Source: Candidatus Niyogibacteria bacterium (GTDB taxonomy: Bacteria; Patescibacteriota; Minisyncoccia; JACROR01). Taken from it: a stretch of 64,000 nucleotides of DNA. Of the stretch, positions 1-9,175 are shown one piece after another. Location: assembly GCA_016186495.1 (NCBI GenBank), contig JACPLO010000010.1:26905-90904 (forward strand), in the 5' to 3' direction. The translations under genes and the position numbers were made by a program. The notes beneath the pieces are model-generated. The model saw only the letters and a list, made by a program, of their open reading frames with translations, ran no database searches and was not told the DNA's origin. Positions within the stretch are counted from its first letter, which is position 1; each line of letters begins with the position of its first letter.

Positions 1-102
1 CTCCCAAACAAAGAAAAAAGGCGGAAAATTTTTAAAAAATGCGGAATTCCGGAAAAAGCCCGCGCCGAAAATTTAACGCTTGAAAACTGGGCTTGCCTTT
101 GC

Positions 103-139
103 GAAAAAAAATAACCCCCACGCTTATAAAGCGTGGGGG
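103..139 (-). terminator. Intrinsic terminator hairpin for minus-strand gene 154..753
   Basis: Hairpin CCCCCACGCTTATAAAGCGTGGGGG at 115-139; A-run 103-112 on + (= T-run on minus) lies 3' of the stem in the minus-strand orientation, placing the terminator just downstream of the stop codon at 154. Confidence 0.5.
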
Positions 140-153
140 GACGGATTCTATAT

Positions 154-753
154 TTATAAATATAGAATCCAGCCAACCCACTGATTACCGATTTGGTAAT
201 CAGTGGGATTACCATCAATGTACAGAGAATTCGTATAAGGCCGCCCCTCTGTACTTTTAAAAATAAACTGCCCAGTATAGGCAAAAACATTAAACCTATA
301 CTGGCCCAATGGCAGTTTTATGAAAAGGACATTTATCCTTTCATAATAATTACCGTTTTCCCGGCGGCCAGAAGTATCAAACATAATTTCCTTGATACTT
401 CCATTTTCATCGCGTAATCGCAAAGTAATGCTTTGCGAAAACGGCGATTCAAAATGAATGGCTTCTAAGCCGTCCACTTTAAGCCAATGAGAAGAAAGTT
501 TCTCCCAGAACCATTTCTGATTCTGGTTGTCATATCTAAGTACCCGGCCCGGAGTAAGAACTTCAGCCGCGCCTCTATATGGAATCCAAAGGTTTTGCTC
601 CCCTTGGACAAAAATTTCTACATCTTTGCTGACGCCGCGGTCTTGATTAATCAGGGCGCCAAGCTGGGCATCCTTATTTCTTTCAGCAAACCCCCCGGGC
701 GAGGTTTTTATTGCTCCTTGATTTCTAAGATCGTTCGCCAGATTAGCGAGCAC
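154..753 (-). CDS. hypothetical protein
   Basis: 199-aa ORF from track; no recognisable motif. Confidence 0.35.
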   Translation of the reverse strand: MLANLANDLRNQGAIKTSPGGFAERNKDAQLGALINQDRGVSKDVEIFVQGEQNLWIPYRGAAEVLTPGRVLRYDNQNQKWFWEKLSSHWLKVDGLEAIHFESPFSQSITLRLRDENGSIKEIMFDTSGRRENGNYYERINVLFIKLPLGQYRFNVFAYTGQFIFKSTEGRPYTNSLYIDGNPTDYQIGNQWVGWILYL

Positions 754-954
754 AGCTGGCCCGCCTTTTGCTGTGAAAAATATAACCTAAAAGCATTATT
801 CTTTTCATTTTAAACACCTCCTTACTCTTAAAATAGACTTAATATTAGATTCATATTTTTCCTCCTTTTATCCTAAGGGTAACCCTTGGGAATTATTTTC
901 AAAAAACTAATCGTATTTATTATAATTATATCAGAAAATATAAATTTGTCAACT

Positions 955-963
955 TGTGGATAA
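955..963 (+). promoter_or_regulatory. Perfect DnaA-box 9-mer (TGTGGATAA, reverse orientation) upstream of ORF 1025..2011
   Basis: Exact complement of TTATCCACA read from sequence; functional role unproven. Confidence 0.3.
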
Positions 964-1024
964 AAAATCGGGAAAAACAAGAAAAAAAGTGCTAAAATAA
1001 AAATAGCAGAAACTGACCGCAAAT

Positions 1025-2011
1025 TTGAATTTTGCCGGTATTTTGAATTATTCAATGTTTTGGCCAAGCAAAAAAATAATTTATTTAATCGCCGGAATAG
1101 GAACAGCCGGATTACTGCTGTTTTTTCTGCCAATCGTTAAATCTGGACTAAACAAGAATCAAGAATCAAAATTTAAAATTTTTAGTTCAAGCAACCAGGA
1201 ATTAATCCAGAAATTGGAGCAGGAAGCGCAAAAAGACAGCGACAACGACGGCCTAAAAGATTGGGAGGAAGCGCTCTGGAAAACCGATCCGCTGAATCCG
1301 GATACGGATAAAGACAATACCTTAGACGGCGAAGAAATCAGGCAAAATCGCGACCCGCTCAAAGCCGGACCGAACGACCAATTGCCGGATTTAAAAATTG
1401 GAGCGGAAAATAAAATTATTGGCTTGAATTCCCAAGATTTTGCCGCGACAAATTTAACCGGCCAGATCGCCAAGACTCTCGGTTTTAAAGCTTTAAGCGG
1501 CGCGGAAAATAAAAATTTCAGTGTGCCGGCTGATTCGGAATTGCTGGATTCCGCCGCGGAAAAAACTTTGGCGGATTTCACCGCTTTGTTTCATCCGCAA
1601 ATTTCCGAAAACGAATTGATTGTCATAAACGACAACAGTGAAAAAAATTTTGCTGAATACCTTCAATCGTTCAGTAAAGTTATCGCTGAAAATCCTTTGC
1701 CAAAAATATCGCAGGAAGAAGCTTTTCTCCAAGCGGTTCAAGATAAAGATTTTTCCAACAGCAACGAATACCTGAATTATTACCAAAAAATAACGTGGGA
1801 GCTGAAAGAAATTCCCGCGCCAAAAACCTTTGTTTCCAGCCATAAACGGATCATTGAACTTCTGCTCGGAAAAATAGTCGTGCTGGAAAATTTAAAAGAA
1901 ATTGAACGCGATCCTTTGAAAACGATAATCGCCCTTCAAGAACATGAAAAAATCAACGAAGAAATCCGGCAACTGATGAATAAATTTGCTGATTTTTTTA
2001 AGAAGATATAA
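1025..2011 (+). CDS. membrane-anchored protein with acidic Asp-rich (DxDxDG-like, calcium-binding-type) repeats
   Basis: N-terminal hydrophobic helix (IYLIAGIGTAGLLLFFLPIV); DSDNDGLKDWEE / DPLNPDTDKDNTLDGEE repeats. Confidence 0.4.
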   Translation: MNFAGILNYSMFWPSKKIIYLIAGIGTAGLLLFFLPIVKSGLNKNQESKFKIFSSSNQELIQKLEQEAQKDSDNDGLKDWEEALWKTDPLNPDTDKDNTLDGEEIRQNRDPLKAGPNDQLPDLKIGAENKIIGLNSQDFAATNLTGQIAKTLGFKALSGAENKNFSVPADSELLDSAAEKTLADFTALFHPQISENELIVINDNSEKNFAEYLQSFSKVIAENPLPKISQEEAFLQAVQDKDFSNSNEYLNYYQKITWELKEIPAPKTFVSSHKRIIELLLGKIVVLENLKEIERDPLKTIIALQEHEKINEEIRQLMNKFADFFKKI

Positions 2012-2055
2012 ATTAAAATCCTAAATTCCAAATCCTAAATCCTAAATAAATTCCG

Positions 2056-2421
2056 ATGATCAAAATTCAAAATTCAAAACAATATGATTTAGAAGAACGA
2101 ACGTTTGAGTTTGCAAAAATGGTTAGAAGTTTCATTAAGAACTTACCCAAAACCACAGGAAATTTTGAAGACGGAAAACAGGTAATTAGATCTTCCGGCT
2201 CAATCGGCGCGAATTACATTGAGGCAAATGAATCATTAAGCAAAAAAGATTTTATAATGAGAATTAAAATCTGCCGAAAAGAAGCCAAGGAAACGGAATA
2301 CTGGCTAAAGCTAATTGATGTAAATAATAGCGCTGAATTAGAAATTGAAGAACAAAAACTTATTAGAGAAGCTGTTGAATTGAGAAAAATTTTCGGCGCC
2401 ATTTTAGAAAAATCAAAATAA
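2056..2421 (+). CDS. four-helix-bundle protein (23S rRNA intervening-sequence protein family)
   Basis: 121 aa; SIGANYIEANESLSKKDFIMRIKICRKEAKETEYWLKL matches the conserved core of the four-helix-bundle family; flanked by inverted AAATCCTAAA/TTTAGGATTT repeats. Confidence 0.55.
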   Translation: MIKIQNSKQYDLEERTFEFAKMVRSFIKNLPKTTGNFEDGKQVIRSSGSIGANYIEANESLSKKDFIMRIKICRKEAKETEYWLKLIDVNNSAELEIEEQKLIREAVELRKIFGAILEKSK

Positions 2422-2494
2422 TGTTTCGATCATTAGAATTTTGAATTTAGATATTGTTTAGAATTTAGATATTAGAGTTTAGGATTTTGTTTAA

Positions 2495-5269
2495 ATGAAT
2501 CAATTTTCAAACAAAAATTCAAAAACGCGAAAAATCTTAGCCGGAATTTTGCTTTTGATAATTTTATTTTCCGCAAGCTCTTTTTATCCGCGCCAAGCTA
2601 AAGCTGAAACGCCGGTCGCCGATTGGTTTATGAGAATCACTTCTGCATCCGGTTGGGCGTCAGCTATCGCTAATTATGCCAAAGAAGCGGCTGAAAAAGC
2701 GGCTAATATCGCGACCGCGACCTTCCGAAAAATGATTTTGGATATGATTGTGGATGAAATAATCGCCTGGATTTCCGGCGAAGGAACTTCGACTTTTGAC
2801 ACCGGCGATTGGGGGCAATTTTTTGATAAAGCGGCCCAGCAAGCCGGCGGCATATCCTTGGAAGAAATAACCGGGCCGGCTATAATGCAGCAGCTTTGCG
2901 ACGCTGATTGGGCCGGCCAAGTTCGGCTCGCTCTCCAAACTCCTAAAAAATTTGCCCAAAAAGCCCGCTGCACTCTTAGAGACATCGGCGTGAATTTTGA
3001 CGCTTTTATGGATAATTTTGAAAACGGCGGCTGGGCCGCCTGGATTAAAATTTCCGAAAGCCAAAACAATCCTTATGGCTATTTTCTTTCCGCGGTTAAT
3101 GAAAAACTAGCAAAAGAAACGCAGAAAAAACTGGGACTGGAAAAAGAGCTTACCGCTTCCGGCGGATTTTTAAGCGATAAAGTTTGCCGTAAAATATCCT
3201 GCCAAACGCGTTTGAAAATTGCGGGAACACAAGAAGCCGAATATAAAGAAGAAACGGGAAAATGGAAAGAAGATGAAATACCTATAAAAGACGGGACACC
3301 GTGCACTTGCGAAAAATGGGAAACCCTCACCCCAGGCAAGACAATGGCGGATTCTTTAAGCAAAACTGTTTTTAAAGATGTTGACTGGCTGAATGAAAAT
3401 TCAGAATGGTATAATTACGTGGTGGCGATCGGCGACGCGATTGTCAACCGGCTGACTAAAGAAGGGGTAAAAGCCATAAAATCCGCGGTCCCGCGAGGTT
3501 TGCCCACCTCTGTTTCTCAAGGCGTTACCGGCAAGGTTGATTACACGCCTCCTTTAACCTCGGCTAAAATTATTGATGTTTGGCAGGTAAAATTAACCGC
3601 CAATGAACCGGGAGACACTTATTACACTCTTGACGGAACAAAACCGCGCGTTCGCGCTTCTCCTAAATACAACGGTAAAGCGCTGACTATTATCAGCTCC
3701 ACCGCTCCGGGCGCAGCCACGGCCCAGTTAAAATGGCTTAGCGTGGATGACGCTTTCAATACCGAAGATCCGCGCAGCCTGCCGGTTTTTCTGCGCAGCC
3801 CTTTTAATTATTCAACTTTAACCGCTTATCTGGCCAGCCAAGACATCAGCATTCCCGAAAGCATCAAAGAAGCGCTGATAAAATTCTTCCGCGACGAAGA
3901 AAACGGAAAAGAAGCCGCAAAAATCGCCAAGGAAACTTTTATTCCCGCGAATATCCGCGAAGATTTAAAAAACTATCTGAAAATAGAAGATTTAAGAATC
4001 CAGTTAGGCAAAGAGTCTTTAATTAATCCGATCCAACGCAGCCAATTAGACGCTATTTTGGCGACTTACGAAGATTTTAATTCCGCTAATGACGGAAAGC
4101 TTACTGATCTCATTAATGTTTTAATAAAAATAAAAGAAGCGGGAATTAAAGCGTTTATTGACATTCAAACTCATGCCGAAGAAATCAAAGACCGGCGAAA
4201 TAATTTACAATCAATTCTCTCTTATCTCAACGGAGTAATCGCCAGCCTTGAAATATGTTCAAAAGCCCAGGCCGCGGCCGTTATTCGGGAAGGAGAAACA
4301 GCCGAAGAATTCGCCGTCAGAATAGCCGTTGAATCCAGCGCTTGCCAAAAAAACGCCAAAGCCGGCGCTTTTCCCGTTAATCTCAACGGCTTATCCTCGG
4401 GCTTAGCAACGGATCCGCTCTTTTCCGAGCTTAAAGATAAAACAGATAAAATAATTTTGGAACGTTCTTTATTCACGATTGATCCGGCCGGCAATTGGAG
4501 CAAACCTTCCGCCGCGCTCGCGCCAACGGATTCCGGACACGCGGCGATTCTTTCATTTAATCCTTTAACCGACAAACCCACGGCGATTTTCTTTAAACAA
4601 TCATCTTGGGAGACGGCAAATGATCGCAGCGCCGCAGTATCACTTCGTTTTAATAATCAAATTAACGGCTTTTATTATAAACAAGCTTTGGCTGTTCCGT
4701 CCGCAGTGAGTTCCGGCGGCACTGAAATCTGGTATGGAGCGATTGACGCGGCCGGCAATTGGACGGAAGAAAAAACGACTCAAGAATTTAACGCGGATTT
4801 TACCGATCTCCCTCCGCTCACTGATTTTGTCAAGCCAATCGCGGAAATTAAAAATCCGGTTAAAGGAAGTGACGGATATTTTATCTTAGACCCTTCGCTT
4901 TCCGTTGATTTTGACAGCACGCCGCGGATTAGCGGCTATGAATGGGATTTTATTAATAACCGCGGCGCTACGACAACAACCCAATCGCTCCAATATGAAT
5001 GGGAAGCTTTTGATTTAAACCGCGACGGCATTTTTACCGAAAACAACCAATGCCTTTATAATTTTTATTTAAATAATAATGAGGGAACGGTCGTCACCGG
5101 TATGGCTGGTTCAGACACATATTACGTGAACAACGACAACACCCGAGCAGTATCCGGCAGCTTAAGTCAAAAATATTATGACGCGGCTCATAGCTCGCCT
5201 TACAATAAAGCTCCCAATACAAGGCCGTTATATCTCAATCTGCAGCCAACCTGCCTAAAAAACAAATAA
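2495..5269 (+). CDS. large secreted/cell-surface protein (signal peptide; chitobiase/hexosaminidase-C-like YYTLDGTKP motif; Ig/PKD-like C-terminal regions); possible -1 frameshift extension to 5532
   Basis: 924-aa ORF, N-terminal signal/TM segment; downstream frame (5209-5532) encodes a PKD-like segment with no start codon and overlaps a slippery A AAA AAC at the stop. Confidence 0.55.
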   Translation: MNQFSNKNSKTRKILAGILLLIILFSASSFYPRQAKAETPVADWFMRITSASGWASAIANYAKEAAEKAANIATATFRKMILDMIVDEIIAWISGEGTSTFDTGDWGQFFDKAAQQAGGISLEEITGPAIMQQLCDADWAGQVRLALQTPKKFAQKARCTLRDIGVNFDAFMDNFENGGWAAWIKISESQNNPYGYFLSAVNEKLAKETQKKLGLEKELTASGGFLSDKVCRKISCQTRLKIAGTQEAEYKEETGKWKEDEIPIKDGTPCTCEKWETLTPGKTMADSLSKTVFKDVDWLNENSEWYNYVVAIGDAIVNRLTKEGVKAIKSAVPRGLPTSVSQGVTGKVDYTPPLTSAKIIDVWQVKLTANEPGDTYYTLDGTKPRVRASPKYNGKALTIISSTAPGAATAQLKWLSVDDAFNTEDPRSLPVFLRSPFNYSTLTAYLASQDISIPESIKEALIKFFRDEENGKEAAKIAKETFIPANIREDLKNYLKIEDLRIQLGKESLINPIQRSQLDAILATYEDFNSANDGKLTDLINVLIKIKEAGIKAFIDIQTHAEEIKDRRNNLQSILSYLNGVIASLEICSKAQAAAVIREGETAEEFAVRIAVESSACQKNAKAGAFPVNLNGLSSGLATDPLFSELKDKTDKIILERSLFTIDPAGNWSKPSAALAPTDSGHAAILSFNPLTDKPTAIFFKQSSWETANDRSAAVSLRFNNQINGFYYKQALAVPSAVSSGGTEIWYGAIDAAGNWTEEKTTQEFNADFTDLPPLTDFVKPIAEIKNPVKGSDGYFILDPSLSVDFDSTPRISGYEWDFINNRGATTTTQSLQYEWEAFDLNRDGIFTENNQCLYNFYLNNNEGTVVTGMAGSDTYYVNNDNTRAVSGSLSQKYYDAAHSSPYNKAPNTRPLYLNLQPTCLKNK

Positions 5270-5538
5270 GCGAGAGTGAATTCAACGGCCATCCGATTGA
5301 AGAGCGGCAAGGAGCAAAATTTGATATCACTGATTCAACTTATAAAAAACTTTCCAAAATTACGTCTTCAATCGGCACCGGCGCTTCTTATGAAGATATG
5401 AAAATTGTTGACCCTAATAACGGCATTATCAAAGTGAAATTCACGGCCAAAAGCGGCCCGTTGACCATTGGCTTGAGAGTAACCGACGATGAAGGCCTAA
5501 CCGCAACCGCATCCGTTGAAATCAATCCTTAATAAAAA

Positions 5539-7380
5539 ATGAAAAAAAATTTGCCGGACAAAAAATATATTTTAATCGCGTTAGCCAGCCTGATAATCAT
5601 TCTCGGGCCGTTCGCGGCGGAAACAACGTTCGCTTGGCTTCCTTCTGTTTTTCCTTCCATTGAAGATATATTTGCTTCTTTAGGTAATGTGATACTCTGG
5701 ATTGTTTCCTGGGTTTTATGGCTGGCCGCGCAACTTTTTGAAATGACCCTTAAATTAACTCTAAACAACGGCGCTTTTGCCAAGATCAGCGCCATTAATC
5801 TTGGCTGGAAGATTATTCGGGATGTGGTTAATCTATTTTTTATTTTTATTCTTCTTTATATCGCCATCGGCGCCATTTTGCGCCTGGCCGGCCATGATAC
5901 CAAAAAACTCCTGGTTAATTTAATCATCGCGGCTCTTTTAATAAACTTCAGTCTGCCTATTACTAAAGCCATTATTGACGCTTCCAACATTCTGGCTTTG
6001 GAATTTTACGATAACATCGGAAAAGACAAAGACGGAAATGATATCGGCGTAACTAGAACAATGATGAATGGCCTGCGCCTGACTTCTGTTTATAATAACA
6101 AAGTGTTAGAAATACCTCCCGGAACAGCGGATAAAGAAGGAGCTGCTTTCCAAAATATTATTATAGGCGCAATCGGCGGATCAGCCCTTATCTTAGTCAC
6201 GGCTTTTGTTTTTCTCGCCGCCACTTCTCTTTTTATTTTCCGGACAATCATACTTTTATTTTTAATGATTCTTTCACCTTTGGCTTTTGGCGCGATGATC
6301 CTGCCTAACACCAAACAATACGCTGACCGTTGGTGGAAAGAACTGGGCTGCCAATGTCTGCTGGCGCCGGCTTTTATGTTTATGATTTATTTGGTGGTGA
6401 TGATTATTAATAACGAGGATTTTTCTGCCGTGATCAGCGGAATTGGCGGAAACCAATCAGCAAGCATCGCTGAAGCCTTTACCAGCGGCATAGAAAAATC
6501 AGTTGGGGTTGTCCTTAATTTCTTGCTTTTAATCGGCTTAATGATCGGTTCCCTGATTATTTCTAAAAATTTGGCTTGCGCCGGCGGCAGCCAGGCAATG
6601 GCCGCGGCTAACTGGACAAAAGGAAAGGTCCAAGGATACGCGAAAAGCTATGGTAAAAGAGGCATTGGCACCGCAGCGGAATACGCGATGGAAAAAGGGA
6701 AGAAAATAGAAGAAAAAGGAGGTCGTTGGGGAAAAATAATGGGGGTTATCAGAAAAACTCCGGGCGTGGGCCGCGGCTTAGCCGCGCTATCCGCGGGCCG
6801 AGAAGAAGAGCTTGCCGCCAAACGCAAACAATATGAAAAACAATATAAAGGCTACAGCGATACCGGCTTGCAAACCATGCTGGAAACGGAAATCATTACT
6901 CCAGAAAAAAGAGAAGTTATTAAAAAAATCCAAACAGGAAGACAGGTGAAGAAAGAAATTGAAGCCAAAGAAAAAGCAAAATACAAAGAAATAGTCGGCG
7001 GCGAGGAAACCGAAATTGAATATGAAAAAGAAGGAAAAACGGTGAAAGAAAAAATAACAACCATCGGCAAACTTGGAGAAATAAATGAACAACTAAGCAA
7101 AATAACGGGAGGAATAAATAAAGATATCGGCAGTTATCTGGACGGAATTGAAGCGGAATTAGGAAAATTAAGCGGCAATACTTCAGGCAGAGCCCAACAA
7201 AGACAAGGAGAACTTGTTTTCAACCGAAATAAAATAAACAGATTAATGAAAGAAAAAGAAAAACTGGAAGCAATAAAAGAAAAACTGGAAGAAAAACAGC
7301 AAAGCGAAACGGAAAAAAAGAAACTTGAAGAAAGATTGGGAAAACTTGAACAAAAACCCGAACCAAAAGAAATAATTTAA
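5539..7380 (+). CDS. polytopic membrane protein, VirB6/TrbL-like, with Lys/Glu-rich coiled-coil C-terminus
   Basis: 613 aa, multiple hydrophobic helices in the first ~350 aa, position upstream of the VirB3/VirB4 genes; assignment by architecture and context. Confidence 0.45.
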   Translation: MKKNLPDKKYILIALASLIIILGPFAAETTFAWLPSVFPSIEDIFASLGNVILWIVSWVLWLAAQLFEMTLKLTLNNGAFAKISAINLGWKIIRDVVNLFFIFILLYIAIGAILRLAGHDTKKLLVNLIIAALLINFSLPITKAIIDASNILALEFYDNIGKDKDGNDIGVTRTMMNGLRLTSVYNNKVLEIPPGTADKEGAAFQNIIIGAIGGSALILVTAFVFLAATSLFIFRTIILLFLMILSPLAFGAMILPNTKQYADRWWKELGCQCLLAPAFMFMIYLVVMIINNEDFSAVISGIGGNQSASIAEAFTSGIEKSVGVVLNFLLLIGLMIGSLIISKNLACAGGSQAMAAANWTKGKVQGYAKSYGKRGIGTAAEYAMEKGKKIEEKGGRWGKIMGVIRKTPGVGRGLAALSAGREEELAAKRKQYEKQYKGYSDTGLQTMLETEIITPEKREVIKKIQTGRQVKKEIEAKEKAKYKEIVGGEETEIEYEKEGKTVKEKITTIGKLGEINEQLSKITGGINKDIGSYLDGIEAELGKLSGNTSGRAQQRQGELVFNRNKINRLMKEKEKLEAIKEKLEEKQQSETEKKKLEERLGKLEQKPEPKEII

Positions 7381-7416
7381 CCCTGTTAAATGTTTTGCTT
7401 TGCAAAATTTAACAGG
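7381..7416 (+). terminator. hairpin CCCTGTTAAAT...ATTTAACAGGG following the VirB6-like gene
   Basis: perfect 11-bp inverted repeat read directly. Confidence 0.45.
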
Positions 7417-7435
7417 GTTAATCCATTAAATTAAA

Positions 7436-8077
7436 ATGAAATCATACACCGAACAAGAATTGGAAAAAAAATACAAACAACTTCCGGCAACAGTAGAGGA
7501 AGTGATTTTCAGCGCTAATGCGGCAAAAACTCTGGAAGAAATCAGGAAAAAATACAAACTTCAGATAGACCAACTGGGGATTTTAGCCAATGAAACCCGA
7601 CTGGTGATGCTCGGCCTGACCCATCCTAAAGATTTTATCAATAATCTGGCGGAAGGGCTGGAATTAAACAAAGAAATCGCAAAAAACATCGCCCAAGAAA
7701 TAAATCAGCGGATTTTTTACAAAATCAGGGAAGAATTAAAAAAAATGCACAGCATCGGCGAACCGGCTGATTTTTCGCCAAAGGCAGGTTCGCCTCTTCC
7801 GCCTAAAGCTGGCCAGCCTTCGGCTGGGGCTAAAAAATTCAGAATTCAGGATTTAAAAAAAACAGCGGAATTGCCGCCGATTATTGAACCAACGCCGTTA
7901 GAGCCGCCGCCAACAGAACCGCCGCCGTTAATCGCGGAAAAACCAAAAATCCCTGCCGTGCCGTTTGAACACAAACTGAAAAGCGAAGAAACAATCCGGC
8001 AGCCGCTTGAAAAAATCAAAACTTCACCGGATAAAAAATATCCCGGAGAAGACCCGTACCGCGAACCGATTATTTGA
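7436..8077 (+). CDS. hypothetical protein with Pro-rich C-terminal half
   Basis: 213-aa ORF; PPxEPPP repeats; no known domain recognised. Confidence 0.35.
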   Translation: MKSYTEQELEKKYKQLPATVEEVIFSANAAKTLEEIRKKYKLQIDQLGILANETRLVMLGLTHPKDFINNLAEGLELNKEIAKNIAQEINQRIFYKIREELKKMHSIGEPADFSPKAGSPLPPKAGQPSAGAKKFRIQDLKKTAELPPIIEPTPLEPPPTEPPPLIAEKPKIPAVPFEHKLKSEETIRQPLEKIKTSPDKKYPGEDPYREPII

Positions 8078-8126
8078 TAATATTTTTTATAAATTAAGAA
8101 ATACGGACAAATTGCTTTAAATTTTT

Positions 8127-8534
8127 ATGCAATATCAAGTTCCCCAATTTACCGAGGTTGAAGATAAAATTTTCGGGCCCCTGACTTTCAAACAGTTCGT
8201 TTATATTCTGGGCGCCGCGGCTTCCGCTTTTCTTTTTTGGCGCCTTTTGCCTAAATGGCTGGCTGTTCTTTTAATCGTTCCGATCAGCGGATTTTTTCTG
8301 GCGCTGGCTTTTTTAAAAATCAACGGCCAGCCTCTGCTTAAAGTTTTAACCAGCGCTCTTAATTTTTCCATCGGCAGCCGGCTTTATATCTGGAAAAAAA
8401 CCGAAGAAAAACCATTAGAAAAAAAAGAGGAGACGCTCGCCGAAAAAGAAGCGCTGGCTCTGCCCAAACTTACGGAAAGCAAATTAAAAGAGCTGGCGTG
8501 GAGTTTGGACATCCACCAAAAATTAAAACGTTAA
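8127..8534 (+). CDS. PrgI/VirB3-like small membrane protein
   Basis: 135 aa; KIFGPLTFKQFVYILGAAASAFLFW motif typical of the PrgI family, followed by two TM helices; sits immediately upstream of VirB4. Confidence 0.5.
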   Translation: MQYQVPQFTEVEDKIFGPLTFKQFVYILGAAASAFLFWRLLPKWLAVLLIVPISGFFLALAFLKINGQPLLKVLTSALNFSIGSRLYIWKKTEEKPLEKKEETLAEKEALALPKLTESKLKELAWSLDIHQKLKR

Positions 8535-8538
8535 TTCA

Positions 8539-9174
8539 ATGAAATCTAACCCCAGCCAACAATTAATTCCCATTTCGGAAATTCGCGACGACGTCGTTAT
8601 TCTGAAAGACGGCTCTTTCAGAATGATTTTAATGGCTTCTTCCATTAATTTTTCCCTTAAATCTCTGGAAGAACAAAAAGCGATTATTTCCCAATACCAG
8701 TACTTCCTGAATACTTTGGATTTTTCCGTCCAATTTCTCATCCATTCCGCTTCTTTGGATATTAATCCTTATCTGACGATGCTGAAAGAAAAAGAAAAAA
8801 CGCAGACCAATGAACTTTTAAAAATCCAAACGCGGGAATATTCGGAATTCATTAAAAACTTCATTGAAACGAATAAAATAATGTCCAAGACTTTTTATGT
8901 CGCCGTTTCTTATACCGCCGCGGTTGTTCCCGCTGCCGGCGGCCTCTTGGAAAGTTTTAAAAAATTAACCGGCCAGAAAGAAAAAAGCTCGGAGTCGGAG
9001 GAAAAATTTTTGGAACATAAAAACCAGCTCTGGCAAAGAATAGACGCGGTCACCGAGGGCCTGGCGCGCTGCGGCGTGCGCACTGTTCCGCTGAAAACCG
9101 AGGAATTGATTGAATTATTTTATCAGCTTTACAATCCCGGCGAAACCGCAGAAGGAATAGCGCTTAAAACATAA
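8539..9174 (+). CDS. VirB4/TraE-family N-terminal domain (split from the ATPase domain)
   Basis: IPISEIRDDVVILKDGSFRMILMASSINFSLKSLEEQKAIISQYQYFLNTLDFSVQFLIHS resembles the CagE/TrbE/VirB4 N-terminus; stop TAA at 9172-9174, next ATG at 9176 in the +1 frame. Confidence 0.55.
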   Translation: MKSNPSQQLIPISEIRDDVVILKDGSFRMILMASSINFSLKSLEEQKAIISQYQYFLNTLDFSVQFLIHSASLDINPYLTMLKEKEKTQTNELLKIQTREYSEFIKNFIETNKIMSKTFYVAVSYTAAVVPAAGGLLESFKKLTGQKEKSSESEEKFLEHKNQLWQRIDAVTEGLARCGVRTVPLKTEELIELFYQLYNPGETAEGIALKT

Positions 9175-9175
9175 C

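Noticed and set aside
2660-3363. Antisense ORFs (2660..3064, 2674..3069, 3079..3363 and similar ORFs internal to long genes throughout the window)
   Set aside because: They lie entirely inside, and antisense to, long well-supported genes, and they have GC-biased artefactual composition. This is typical of shadow ORFs.
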